Shown here: piece by piece, positions 32,301 through 40,755 of the stretch
Layout: the number at the start of each line of letters is the position of its first letter
How positions within the stretch are numbered: the first letter of the stretch is position 1
Origin: a virus
Lineage: Duplodnaviria; Caudoviricetes
Reading direction: 5' to 3' (one strand)
DNA: 50,675 nucleotides
Virus record (IMG/VR): IMGVR_UViG_3300047510_001736
Span: 1-50,675 of that record
Translations under genes and position numbers: made by a program
The notes under the pieces: generated by a model
Databases searched by the model: none
Told to the model about the DNA's origin: nothing
Seen by the model: only the letters and a program-made list of their open reading frames with translations

Positions 32301-34833
32301 CAGGAGTCTCTTGTTGAGCACGCTGATATCTATCAGCAAACTCATCTGCAACACGCTCATCACGCGCACTTCCATACTCGCCAACATTAGGCGCGTCGTC
32401 AATATGACCGAGTTCGTGCTTGAGCACCTTAACAAAACGCTCGCGGCTGCCTGGTTCATTAGCAACAGCAGCATCCCAAAGCGCACCGTCAATAACAACA
32501 TGACCTTCGTTACGAGCGCCTGTTGTATAAGCTCGGCCAAATGCACCTTCGTTTGACAGTAGCCCCGATTGTCGCGAGATCACAACATCTTCACGAAACA
32601 CATTAGGTTTCTCTTGATAGATTTTAAGCTCAGGCATTACGCCGCTAATAAGGTCTTCAAGATTTACCTCACGCTGAAGTCCACGCGACGCCATATTATC
32701 CCAATCAAGATCATCCACACCAAGACGACGACCCGCTTCTTTAGCCCTAGAGAAACGCTCTTCACCTCCAACATCAACCTTCGCCACAGCAACACCTTTC
32801 CAAGGCACAGCTTCGTGTGTCATGTAATGAAGATACGCCGCAGCATCTTCCGGAGATAACTTCATCCCCACAAGATCCTTCATCGAAGCCTTGAGCGCAT
32901 TGAACCACTGGCGAATCTCGCCGGGCTTGACGTTAGGATAGCGTTCACCAAAAGATTGAATTACGCCTTCCTCAAGAGCGAGATTATGCACTTGTTCAGC
33001 ATTAGCACCTTCAGCCAATCGAGCAGCATATTCGCGCTGATAAGCTTCCGAGTTCATCGCAGATTCATTCAAGCCAGTACGCATCCGCTCGCCGACCGAG
33101 CGCGCATAGACATCGTGACCGATCTCATGAATCGCAGTGTCACGCGTAGCGGCCGCAGGATCAATTTCGATCACCGGCACACCATCAGGACCCGCAAGAC
33201 GGAACGAACCACGACCGCCTTTGAGATCAGCGAACGTGAGCTTGAGTCCGCGACGAGCCGCAATTTCCGACGCGGCATCAAGATCCTCTTGTGTGATACG
33301 CACAGGACCTTCTTCACCGGGACGCTGAAAGCGCTGATGAATCTCTTCGGCAGCTTCTCTCGCGGGCTGAATATCTTTAATCCCAAGATTACGAGCCTCA
33401 GCGCGGCGAGCTTGTTCGCGATCAAACTCAGCGACTTCTTCCTTCGCCATGCTTTCCTCAAGCTTGCGGGAGGTCTCATTAATATCACTTAATGACTTGC
33501 GCCACGACGACTCAAGATACTTCTCCGCCTTACCGGCAATGAAGTCTTGAAACGCCTGAGGATCATTACGAAGATTTCCAACAAATGGATCGTTAGCAAG
33601 ATCTTGTACAAACTCCTCAGGAGGATTAGCTTTCATCCTACCTAGCACCTCGTCAATAGCTTTACGATTAGCCGCAATAGACTCGCCGCGAATATCTTTA
33701 GCCTCAGGTGGTTTAGTCGTAGGCTCTGTTCCAAGATCAGTGCGCTTTCCAGCGTACTCGGCTTCAAAAGCTGCTGCTCCAGCTTGTCGTGCAGATGCAG
33801 CAGCTTGTCTGTTCAAACCAGTTTTCTGCATTACATAATCCCGAAGAGCCTCTGGATCATTACGGAAATTACTCAGCAAAGGATCATTGACAAGATCCTG
33901 AATAAGCTCAGGATTCTTTTCAAGTCCCAACTGATCAAACATTCCAGTAACGGCTTTTTCATTTTCAAACAACTGAAAACGCCGAGTATCTGGACCAGTC
34001 ATTTCTGCCAAGCCCGGAAGATCCTGCTGCAGCAGTTGTGTAGCACGAGCAGAAGCAGCTTGATCTTCACCCAACGCGGCAGTGCGAGCTTGCTCAGCCT
34101 CAACTCCAGCACGCCGAGCATTTTCGCCCGCGAGATCAAGACGCTCAATAGGGCCCGCATCAGGTCGCAGAGGCTGCAATCCGAATCGACGACCAAGCTT
34201 AGTAGGATCAGCGAACAAACTTCCAAGCGCAACATCAGCAGCAAAGCGCGGGGCAGAGAACTCTCCGCCTTGAGCCATGTTCACAAGCTGCCCAGCGGTC
34301 GAGCCAGCCACGTTCACGCCCACATTAGCAGCCGCTGGGAGGAAAGCCGCACGCGCAGCGTCTTTAGACATGCCCATCGCTGGCGCAGTCAATCCCCTAA
34401 TGCCACCAAACGAAGGCTTCAGCGCCAGCGCATTCGGAGCAAAGCCACCGAGATAAGACGCGACGGGCTGATCTTGTTCAGCTTGAGCCATCTGCTGCAA
34501 AGCCTCAGGCGCAAACTCTTCAAGAGCTTTTTCCTGCAACTTACCAGCGCCATAGCCGCCAGCGAGACCGCCGCCGAGACCGCCGAGAACAGTTCCAACC
34601 GGTCCAAACATCGAGCCGCCGAGAGCGCCAGCCTGTGCGCCAGCATACAACCCTGCCGCAGAGGGCGCAAGGTTACCCAAGAAAGAAGTCCCCGCTGCAC
34701 GCAGAGGAGACATCTTTTGTTGAGTCGCTGGGGCTGCTACAGGACTCTTAACAACACGACCACGAGGATCTACGTCATAGATCGTAGGATCGTAGCCGTT
34801 ATCTTGGAGCCATTGATATTGTGCTTGTGTCAT
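29383..34833 (-). CDS. Large ejection (internal virion) polyvalent protein with two HExxH metallopeptidase modules and an ADP-ribosyltransferase module
   Basis: 1816 aa; Gly/Ala-rich N-terminus; HEIGH (~33115-33129); HELGH (~32404-32418); ART-PolyVal motifs FKSWFGNSKVVD..GKPLVVYHGT, GAYFT, GYDGII, EVVAF..EQVKS. Confidence 0.85.
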   Translation of the reverse strand: MTQAQYQWLQDNGYDPTIYDVDPRGRVVKSPVAAPATQQKMSPLRAAGTSFLGNLAPSAAGLYAGAQAGALGGSMFGPVGTVLGGLGGGLAGGYGAGKLQEKALEEFAPEALQQMAQAEQDQPVASYLGGFAPNALALKPSFGGIRGLTAPAMGMSKDAARAAFLPAAANVGVNVAGSTAGQLVNMAQGGEFSAPRFAADVALGSLFADPTKLGRRFGLQPLRPDAGPIERLDLAGENARRAGVEAEQARTAALGEDQAASARATQLLQQDLPGLAEMTGPDTRRFQLFENEKAVTGMFDQLGLEKNPELIQDLVNDPLLSNFRNDPEALRDYVMQKTGLNRQAAASARQAGAAAFEAEYAGKRTDLGTEPTTKPPEAKDIRGESIAANRKAIDEVLGRMKANPPEEFVQDLANDPFVGNLRNDPQAFQDFIAGKAEKYLESSWRKSLSDINETSRKLEESMAKEEVAEFDREQARRAEARNLGIKDIQPAREAAEEIHQRFQRPGEEGPVRITQEDLDAASEIAARRGLKLTFADLKGGRGSFRLAGPDGVPVIEIDPAAATRDTAIHEIGHDVYARSVGERMRTGLNESAMNSEAYQREYAARLAEGANAEQVHNLALEEGVIQSFGERYPNVKPGEIRQWFNALKASMKDLVGMKLSPEDAAAYLHYMTHEAVPWKGVAVAKVDVGGEERFSRAKEAGRRLGVDDLDWDNMASRGLQREVNLEDLISGVMPELKIYQEKPNVFREDVVISRQSGLLSNEGAFGRAYTTGARNEGHVVIDGALWDAAVANEPGSRERFVKVLKHELGHIDDAPNVGEYGSARDERVADEFADRYQRAQQETPEFKSWFGNSKVVDEQGKPLVVYHGTDAPDFTEFRTKTGYNFGPGAYFTPEPARAAEYARTSTGSRIYPAYVSLENPYRVTSDATLQDIGYKIRKDPANEPLLKQLMDKYDARNSDILGNGEIGNAWLREQGYDGIIKERQRYTENGFVPEILEVVAFKPEQVKSATANRGTFSPESADIRYQRGPIDRLRNFSEIDNLESRGGIFSQVAQGMRSYYATRKFMQGQASSKEQAMSSLSPERQVMLGKHIGQEFDQQRFIQPPSEIAAAYNEYRNEWQKFWPTETNKAGHTIRTAGGQRARLTDPYYGPFHMWSDSVRDIITTKQGSPEYVKLKDDYIKQHTQFHQQNGVPLQEAQTRAIAEFNDAIREMSVPYDPTAVGTFAGARKAQGIPLPESWREYNIMKLVENYDRRSAMDYAMQEHMEKSPEIMAALGAEKYFNDQPIPPQIKAAVPYIGDDNSVKSILREMSGKPARRPDELASGASRGISSLTIGTVSKATEIPTTMIAGLRYLQGSDYLPGTLKFIENLGDWSALQERSYASGLNKRDGAQNMRQVAGVIGDASGYMNKFAEFVSKYTGLNTLEKAARTMAQGWGEVLVQINKRKAATGDKEAVRMLDTLSPDWRTRSDADLAGQFGQLMQGSYDMTQLPAWMLESGAAPYLTWSKWSAGQYNNFMKFAIEPALQGNVKPLLGHLLIGVMGGAAVEQIREWMNNREGRDVNWSELESWMQQNQGELGAEGMKQLSVKLLNMVQNVGTFGIAGDLAKMVTTAAVGGTAQGMATAPVANAVFDTSKKIAAALKAIDDGEDFGLVLRQMMLDVAKSHVQVARVGQNWLDEDENLRYDDRRKRRLFDELTGAPTQSGAFSVNYGNLAEREFERGEITPQTGEEALGLVMRAKEQATTPEDYASRIRKLKTSQNAIMPSLERQPLKAARYLSWLEGTEEGLGSETVKRYLIREQEDKYRKSLVEGLSGLR

Positions 34834-34834
34834 A

Positions 34835-36304
34835 TTATTCAGCGTACATTTGACGGATCAAACTACCAGCCTTGCGAGCTTGGCTCATTTCAGTAGCACT
34901 AGGCTTACGGAAACGAGGGAACGGAGGCGCACCAGCCATTACGCGCGCAGCGACATCAGGATTTTCATACTCGCCCTTAAACTCTTCGGCCGCAGCAGCA
35001 CGAAGAGGGTAAGCAATTTGACTCATAGCTTGTTGAGCAACGTCACCTTCAGTCATTTCAGGCGCGGTATAACCACGAGCAGAAGGTTGGTTAAATCCAA
35101 GCGAAGGCATAGCCTCTCTAAAGCGTCCGAGCAAACTCGCGTCAGCTACAGGCGATGGAGCGGCAGCAGCGCGCATAGGAGTCACTTCGGGCGGAGGCAA
35201 CTTGCCACCCATTGTATCCTTACGCGGACCACCCGGCGCAGCGCCAGTCGTGCGGTCAACCTGCGGCGAAGCAGGAAGATCTTTAGGAACAGTAACGGGC
35301 GGAACATAAGGTTCCCAACCTCCCGGAGTTGTTCCCGGAATCATTGGGCTATTAGGATCATTAGGATCTTTACGAACCATTCCTAATCCGCCGGGGCTAT
35401 AACTTCCAATAGGCTCACCTTTATCAATATCAAAAATAGAATAACCGCCGTCTTTACCCGGAATAACCTGAGTATTTCTGCGACCTGCTACGCGACTCCG
35501 CAGTCCAAACTCTGCATCATTAATCGCATTCTGAGTACGCATATTCTCAATCCGAATATCACGATCTTCTTTTTCAGCCTGCAAACGCGCAACGCGATCC
35601 AGCCGAGCATCCTCAATCTGCTGCTTCGTCAAACCAAGACGCTGACCCTCAAGCTTGAGTCGTTCATTCTCGGCAGTCACACGATTAGCCTCGGCTTTTT
35701 CAGCAGCTTTTTGAGTAGCTTCAAAACGTGCTTGAGTAGGCTTGTCAGCCTCGCGCATACGATTAAGCAAGCGTTCTTCTTTCTGCTGTTCAGCAGCCTC
35801 AGCACGCCACTCAGCCCCTTGAGCCTGCTGGGCCTCAATGTTCATGCGATTAGACTCATCGCCAAGCATACGACGAAAGAAACCACCAATGCCTTTAGAC
35901 TCTTGATAAGGCACGTTCTCGCCGCCAATAGCTTTGCTGGGATCAAACGCCTCATTAGCGCGCTCAGGCACGAGAAAGCTGAGATCTAAACGCGGACCGC
36001 CAGTCTGCAGCATATAACGCGCAGAGCTGCCGCGATTCTCAATAGGCTGCTGAGTCTCGACCCGCGGCGCATTAGGATCTTCTCCGCTCTCGGCGTCAAT
36101 GATTGGATTGTATTCCTGCGGCGAAGGCAAAGCAGGGCCGCCTTCAATCGGACGAGACGCCAGAGGCGCGCCCGCAGCAGCTTTCTTTCCCGAGAACAAC
36201 GTCGGATCAATAGTCGCACGACGCTGAGGGGTAGTAGAAGGCCGTCTCGCATAGCGAGCCTGTGCAACATTCTGCCTAGCGTAACTCATGATGTCTTTAG
36301 CCAT
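34835..36304 (-). CDS. Probable internal virion/ejection protein
   Basis: 489 aa; Pro-rich and coiled-coil; lies between ejection-type genes. Confidence 0.65.
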   Translation of the reverse strand: MAKDIMSYARQNVAQARYARRPSTTPQRRATIDPTLFSGKKAAAGAPLASRPIEGGPALPSPQEYNPIIDAESGEDPNAPRVETQQPIENRGSSARYMLQTGGPRLDLSFLVPERANEAFDPSKAIGGENVPYQESKGIGGFFRRMLGDESNRMNIEAQQAQGAEWRAEAAEQQKEERLLNRMREADKPTQARFEATQKAAEKAEANRVTAENERLKLEGQRLGLTKQQIEDARLDRVARLQAEKEDRDIRIENMRTQNAINDAEFGLRSRVAGRRNTQVIPGKDGGYSIFDIDKGEPIGSYSPGGLGMVRKDPNDPNSPMIPGTTPGGWEPYVPPVTVPKDLPASPQVDRTTGAAPGGPRKDTMGGKLPPPEVTPMRAAAAPSPVADASLLGRFREAMPSLGFNQPSARGYTAPEMTEGDVAQQAMSQIAYPLRAAAAEEFKGEYENPDVAARVMAGAPPFPRFRKPSATEMSQARKAGSLIRQMYAE

Positions 36305-36309
36305 AATAT

Positions 36310-36642
36310 TTATTCTACAAAGTTCTCACCAGCACTTGTTACAGCGCCAGTATGTTTCTGAATGTTTACGAAAATTAAAGGAAGGTTGTCGTTTTGTAGC
36401 CAGTGTCTTTCGCCCTTGCGAATATTATAAAGTCTGAAATCAAAGAAAGGCCACATCTTGGTGATGTGACCTTTGTTGATTACTCCTTTTCCGAAGAGCT
36501 TAAAGAACTTACCATCAAAATCGTGATGATGTGGCGGGACAAATGTCAGTGCGGGTAAATGCCAGAGTTCCACGGCCCAGCGGCCAACCTTAAGTTGAAC
36601 ACCGCGGCAGGAACGCCAGCGCGTTCGCCGTAGTAATCCCAC
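36310..36642 (-). CDS. Small cupin-like protein (overlaps the upstream gene; start uncertain)
   Basis: VPPHHHDFDG..F.L.G and IRKGERHWLQN cupin motifs; candidate GTG at 36642. Confidence 0.55.
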   Translation of the reverse strand: MGLLRRTRWRSCRGVQLKVGRWAVELWHLPALTFVPPHHHDFDGKFFKLFGKGVINKGHITKMWPFFDFRLYNIRKGERHWLQNDNLPLIFVNIQKHTGAVTSAGENFVE

Positions 36643-37853
36643 AGAGCGAGATAAGTTTTTTGGAGCGGACTGAACATCCATCCAAATCCTTTGCCATTGA
36701 CATACCACTCAGCATGAGCGGTCATCGGCTTGATCAGAAGGGCATTAACGGCCGCACGCCAGAGCTTAGAGCGCTGCATGCGAGGCACCAAGAAACGGCT
36801 CATCATCCGATAGCCTTCGCGAATCCGGGGCGTATAGTGCAGATCACGCGACACTTTTACCGCATCGGGAATATTAGCCCAGCCATAGTAAGCTTCAGCG
36901 AAAGTCCAGCAGCAAGACGGCAGCGAACCCATAACCTGAGAGAACTGATCGAGCGCAGTCTTGCGCTGAGCGTTTAGTTGATTCTCTTGCTGGCGCATTT
37001 GAGAAGCATTGCCGAACAGATTCATGCCCATCGCATTCGATTCCTGCCCAACCTCACGAGCGCCGCCCGTGCGAGCTTCGCCTTGATTGACCGAGGGGCG
37101 ACCAGTCGTAAGCTGGAAAGTGTCAATGCGCGATGAGAGAGGCTGCACTGCGCCCGCAGCCAACTGAGCCGCATTCGCAATCGCACTCTGTCGCTGAGCC
37201 TTACGAGCCTCGCCCGCTTGGCCAAAGGCCATCGCGTTAGAGACAGTCGAAGTCGCCGTCGGAGTCGCTCCAGTGCCACGAGCAAAGTTCTCACGCGCCA
37301 TCGAGCGATCAATCTCAGCCCGCTCGGCACCGCTGAGTCCCGCATTGGGATCAGTCAGTGAACCTTGCAGCTGTTCAAGATTCGCCAAAGCCAACTCACG
37401 CGCACGATAAGCTTCAGGATCAGCCTCGCGCTGAGTCTTCATGGCCTCGCGAACGAGGTCACGACCGGTGCCGCTCACGACACCAAGATCAGTAGCAGCC
37501 TGAGCCTCGGCATTCTGACGCGCAATCTGAGATCCAATACGCGCAAACTCAGGCCCATACTGTCCATAAAGCTGTGCATTCAGAGCTTGTTCACGCGGCG
37601 AGATCTGCTCACGCAGAGTCTGCATCGCCGGTTCATAAGCCTGAGCAGCTTGAATCTGATTCTGAATCATCGGAATAAGATTATCCCGATAAGCCTGCAT
37701 CACAGACGCCATCGACTCTTGCGTGTTGGGAATAACCGGACTCCCGTTGCGATAATATCCCAGAGGAATATCATTGTCAACTTCAAGACGAGAAGATTCC
37801 CAGACCAACGAGTGGCCGAGAACTTTAGAGAGATTAAACTCAAATGTGTTCAT
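36546..37853 (-). CDS. Probable internal virion/pilot protein with Cys-led C-terminal domain
   Basis: Ala/Gln-rich helical body, then a CCWTFAEAYYG...RD...GY domain. Confidence 0.7.
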   Translation of the reverse strand: MNTFEFNLSKVLGHSLVWESSRLEVDNDIPLGYYRNGSPVIPNTQESMASVMQAYRDNLIPMIQNQIQAAQAYEPAMQTLREQISPREQALNAQLYGQYGPEFARIGSQIARQNAEAQAATDLGVVSGTGRDLVREAMKTQREADPEAYRARELALANLEQLQGSLTDPNAGLSGAERAEIDRSMARENFARGTGATPTATSTVSNAMAFGQAGEARKAQRQSAIANAAQLAAGAVQPLSSRIDTFQLTTGRPSVNQGEARTGGAREVGQESNAMGMNLFGNASQMRQQENQLNAQRKTALDQFSQVMGSLPSCCWTFAEAYYGWANIPDAVKVSRDLHYTPRIREGYRMMSRFLVPRMQRSKLWRAAVNALLIKPMTAHAEWYVNGKGFGWMFSPLQKTYLALWDYYGERAGVPAAVFNLRLAAGPWNSGIYPH

Positions 37854-38215
37854 TGTTTTACGAAGTCTGAAATTCTATACTGCACATTCTTCTTACTCTT
37901 GCGCCGCGCGCCACTGACAGTCCAGCCGGGATAAAGCGCATTCCACGCGCCTACGGCTTGAAATAAGCAGCCGCGGTCGCCAAGAATATTCAGAATGTGT
38001 ATGTTCTTACGCTCACTATCAAGCTCGCACCATAGTACGATTAAAGGGGTTTCGTTCGCTTTCTCAAGGACGAATAACTCACTGCCTTCGCCCTTGAGAA
38101 TCCGATCACAGTGCATAACGATGTCAACGTCGGAAGCTTTTCCGAAACAACTCTCGCGCCCGGGATGCGCTAAGATCCATTCAAAAAGCTTTATGGCGTT
38201 GATATGACAACTCAT
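37850..38215 (-). CDS. Hypothetical protein (possible GNAT-like)
   Basis: 121 aa between the nozzle and internal virion genes, where podoviruses often carry a GNAT-like gene. Confidence 0.6.
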   Translation of the reverse strand: MSCHINAIKLFEWILAHPGRESCFGKASDVDIVMHCDRILKGEGSELFVLEKANETPLIVLWCELDSERKNIHILNILGDRGCLFQAVGAWNALYPGWTVSGARRKSKKNVQYRISDFVKQ

Positions 38216-40755
38216 ACTGGTTGAAAATACCTATCCAGAATTGAGCCAGTTGCAGTTTTACAAACAAACTCAACAGAGAGCTTGCTCACGATAGCTTCCC
38301 AGTAAGCTCCTTCAGCGGCCGCAAAACGCGATTGCGCGATAGGCGGATTGTGCACGGTAGTAAGAGCCTTGCCGCCAGCGCCACTGATAATAACGGGTAG
38401 CCCATTCCAGTCAAGCCTTTCAACAAGAGTGCTAGTTCCAGCCAACAACACAGTCGCGCCCCAGTTCTTAAAGGGCACAGCTTGGATAAAAGCAAGGTTA
38501 CCGTTTGCGTTGATCGAGCTATAGTAATCATTGCCGCTCGTGAAAGGAGGCTGATGCACTACGACCCATTTATGTTTCTTAGTGCTATTAGCTAGCGCTT
38601 GACGCAGCCATTGAAACTGTACGCTATCAGCGATAGTCTGAGGCGGCGTGAATGCGTTGTCGATCTCAGTCTGGAAGAATCCAGTATCGAAGCCAGTGTT
38701 GATCAAGAAAATGTCAACGTGCTCGGTCGTGTGCTGGAAGTAACGCAGATGTTGCTGATAGTTAAACAACGGACTGGCCGCGGCGGAGTCATTGTCCTGC
38801 GTGCCCGGGACGAACAAGAGCTTATCCTTGATAGCATCCCAGAAAGGCTTGATCGTCTGATCCAAGGCTCCAACTGTGCCGGGGCCAAATCCGGCAAAAG
38901 GCAAACCGTAGTTATGATTGCCGGTGCCGATGACGTTCGTCAGGCCTGTGATGCGCTTGATTGCGCTATTGAGCGACTTGCGCCGCGAGACTTCTTCGGC
39001 GGTAAATGTTGGAGACACAACACCGCCGACGATATCAGGAATGCCGTCGTTGCCAATGATCGCGAAGGTCTCATACTCAGTCGAGACAACCGCTCCGAAC
39101 GCATTAACCTTCGGCCACACAGTGCTTTCTTGCACGTCGCCAGACACTGAGACCAATGCGCCGTCGGTGTCAAAGCGCATCATCACGCCCACGCGATCGC
39201 CCTCAGGGCACACGTCCATGAAGTTAAACTCGGCCGTGTTGAACACACCCTCAGTCAAGCCGCCGTTATAGGGAATGCTTGAGCTGTTAGCTTTGTTATA
39301 AGGCAGCGGCGTCATATGCACAACCTTGCGGCTGACATATTGGCCATTGACGAACAACGACGCTTCTACAGTTCCGCCTTCGACGATGTTGTTAAAGCCC
39401 GCGCGCAGAGTCTGTAGGCGCACACTCTTCGTATCATCCGACGGCGCAACCTCAGATCCATAGAGCGTGACAGTAGCCCGCTCAGAAGATCCAAACAAGC
39501 GGTAAATCCCGGTCGCCGTCATGAAGTAAGTATATCGCTTGCCTCCGTCGAGGGTCGAAGCGAACTTAAGAATGTTTCCGACGCCGGGATAAATATCGAG
39601 CGCGACGAACTTATTCAACAGCATGTCAAACCACAGCACGCCGTTGCCATAGATCGTCGTGACGGCAAACAACGCATAGTTATCGTGCGTGCCTGTGGCC
39701 GCAGAAGTCTGTGTGATGCCGTCGATCAAAGAATTGATTGGGCCGCTAAAGGGTGCATTCCGACCCTCATATCGGAACTGCATGATCCCGTTGAAACTCC
39801 TGATTCCGGTGTCATGAACAAATGCCACATCCCCAAGCACGTCCACAACAGAATCGGGATTTAGCGGCCCAATCGAAGAGATAACCTGATTGCGGAAAGT
39901 AGGCTCCGCATAGATCAGATTGTTGTTGTCCGGATAAACAAGATAGCCGGAGTTCTGTGTACCAACGAAGAAACCGCCGTCGATAGAGTTAAGCGTCGAG
40001 AGCGCGGTGATGTCGTTATAGTCGACATTCGTAGCCATCGCCAACGCTCCGCCCTCGGATTCGTTCGTAGAGGTTTTATCCCCGGCAGGCGTGACTGCAA
40101 TTACAAAGTTCAAAGGCGCTCCAGTAACTGAGCGCACGATTTGATTGCGCGTTGGGCGACTAAGCCACAATCCCGTCGGCGCTGCCGATGACGTAACCGC
40201 ATACAAAACACCGTTGTAGAAAACGGGATAATTGGCGACGGGAACATATTCAGGATCGTCTGAGAGCCATTGCGAGTAAGTTTGTATTACGCGAGCAGAA
40301 CCATCAGGCAGAATAATCCAAGGCTGTGCGACACCATCCATCACAACAAGCGCACTGGGCGACGCGCCAACTGGGCCACCGAGCGTGAGTGTGCCGGTCG
40401 AAGACGTAGCGCCACGGACGGCTCGAATCGTCGACGCAGGCACAAGCGCAGTGTAAACGCGAGGCTGCACGGAGTTCATTGCGAAAGTCGCAATAAGAAC
40501 CCAATTGCCGCTCGTTGTTTTATAGTATGCTTTTCCGCCCACGAACGCGATCAGAAGATCCCCGGCGGCCGTAATATCTTGAAAGGTCTGACCGACGGGC
40601 AAATCCGCCGAGACGTTCAAAGGAAGCTGCACGGCCTCGACGACATTCTTGCGCACGCGAGCATTGATAAGAATCCAATACTCGTTCTCGCCCAGCTTCG
40701 TAATGTCCGAAAGCTGATTGATGCCGCCGAGCCAATTTGTCCTAGAGATTACCAT
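38212..40755 (-). CDS. Tail nozzle/stabilisation protein fused to a degenerate metallophosphoesterase domain
   Basis: N-terminal NWLGGIN...LINARVR start and beta-rich body typical of P22 gp10/T7 gp12-like nozzles; the last ~285 aa follow calcineurin-like/PAP motif order. Confidence 0.7.
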   Translation of the reverse strand: MVISRTNWLGGINQLSDITKLGENEYWILINARVRKNVVEAVQLPLNVSADLPVGQTFQDITAAGDLLIAFVGGKAYYKTTSGNWVLIATFAMNSVQPRVYTALVPASTIRAVRGATSSTGTLTLGGPVGASPSALVVMDGVAQPWIILPDGSARVIQTYSQWLSDDPEYVPVANYPVFYNGVLYAVTSSAAPTGLWLSRPTRNQIVRSVTGAPLNFVIAVTPAGDKTSTNESEGGALAMATNVDYNDITALSTLNSIDGGFFVGTQNSGYLVYPDNNNLIYAEPTFRNQVISSIGPLNPDSVVDVLGDVAFVHDTGIRSFNGIMQFRYEGRNAPFSGPINSLIDGITQTSAATGTHDNYALFAVTTIYGNGVLWFDMLLNKFVALDIYPGVGNILKFASTLDGGKRYTYFMTATGIYRLFGSSERATVTLYGSEVAPSDDTKSVRLQTLRAGFNNIVEGGTVEASLFVNGQYVSRKVVHMTPLPYNKANSSSIPYNGGLTEGVFNTAEFNFMDVCPEGDRVGVMMRFDTDGALVSVSGDVQESTVWPKVNAFGAVVSTEYETFAIIGNDGIPDIVGGVVSPTFTAEEVSRRKSLNSAIKRITGLTNVIGTGNHNYGLPFAGFGPGTVGALDQTIKPFWDAIKDKLLFVPGTQDNDSAAASPLFNYQQHLRYFQHTTEHVDIFLINTGFDTGFFQTEIDNAFTPPQTIADSVQFQWLRQALANSTKKHKWVVVHQPPFTSGNDYYSSINANGNLAFIQAVPFKNWGATVLLAGTSTLVERLDWNGLPVIISGAGGKALTTVHNPPIAQSRFAAAEGAYWEAIVSKLSVEFVCKTATGSILDRYFQPV

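Noticed and set aside
2206-34896. Long antisense ORFs (e.g. 2671..3669, 10243..10959, 22230..22781, 33784..34896)
   Set aside because: Shadows of codon-biased genes on the opposite strand, with no motifs of their own.
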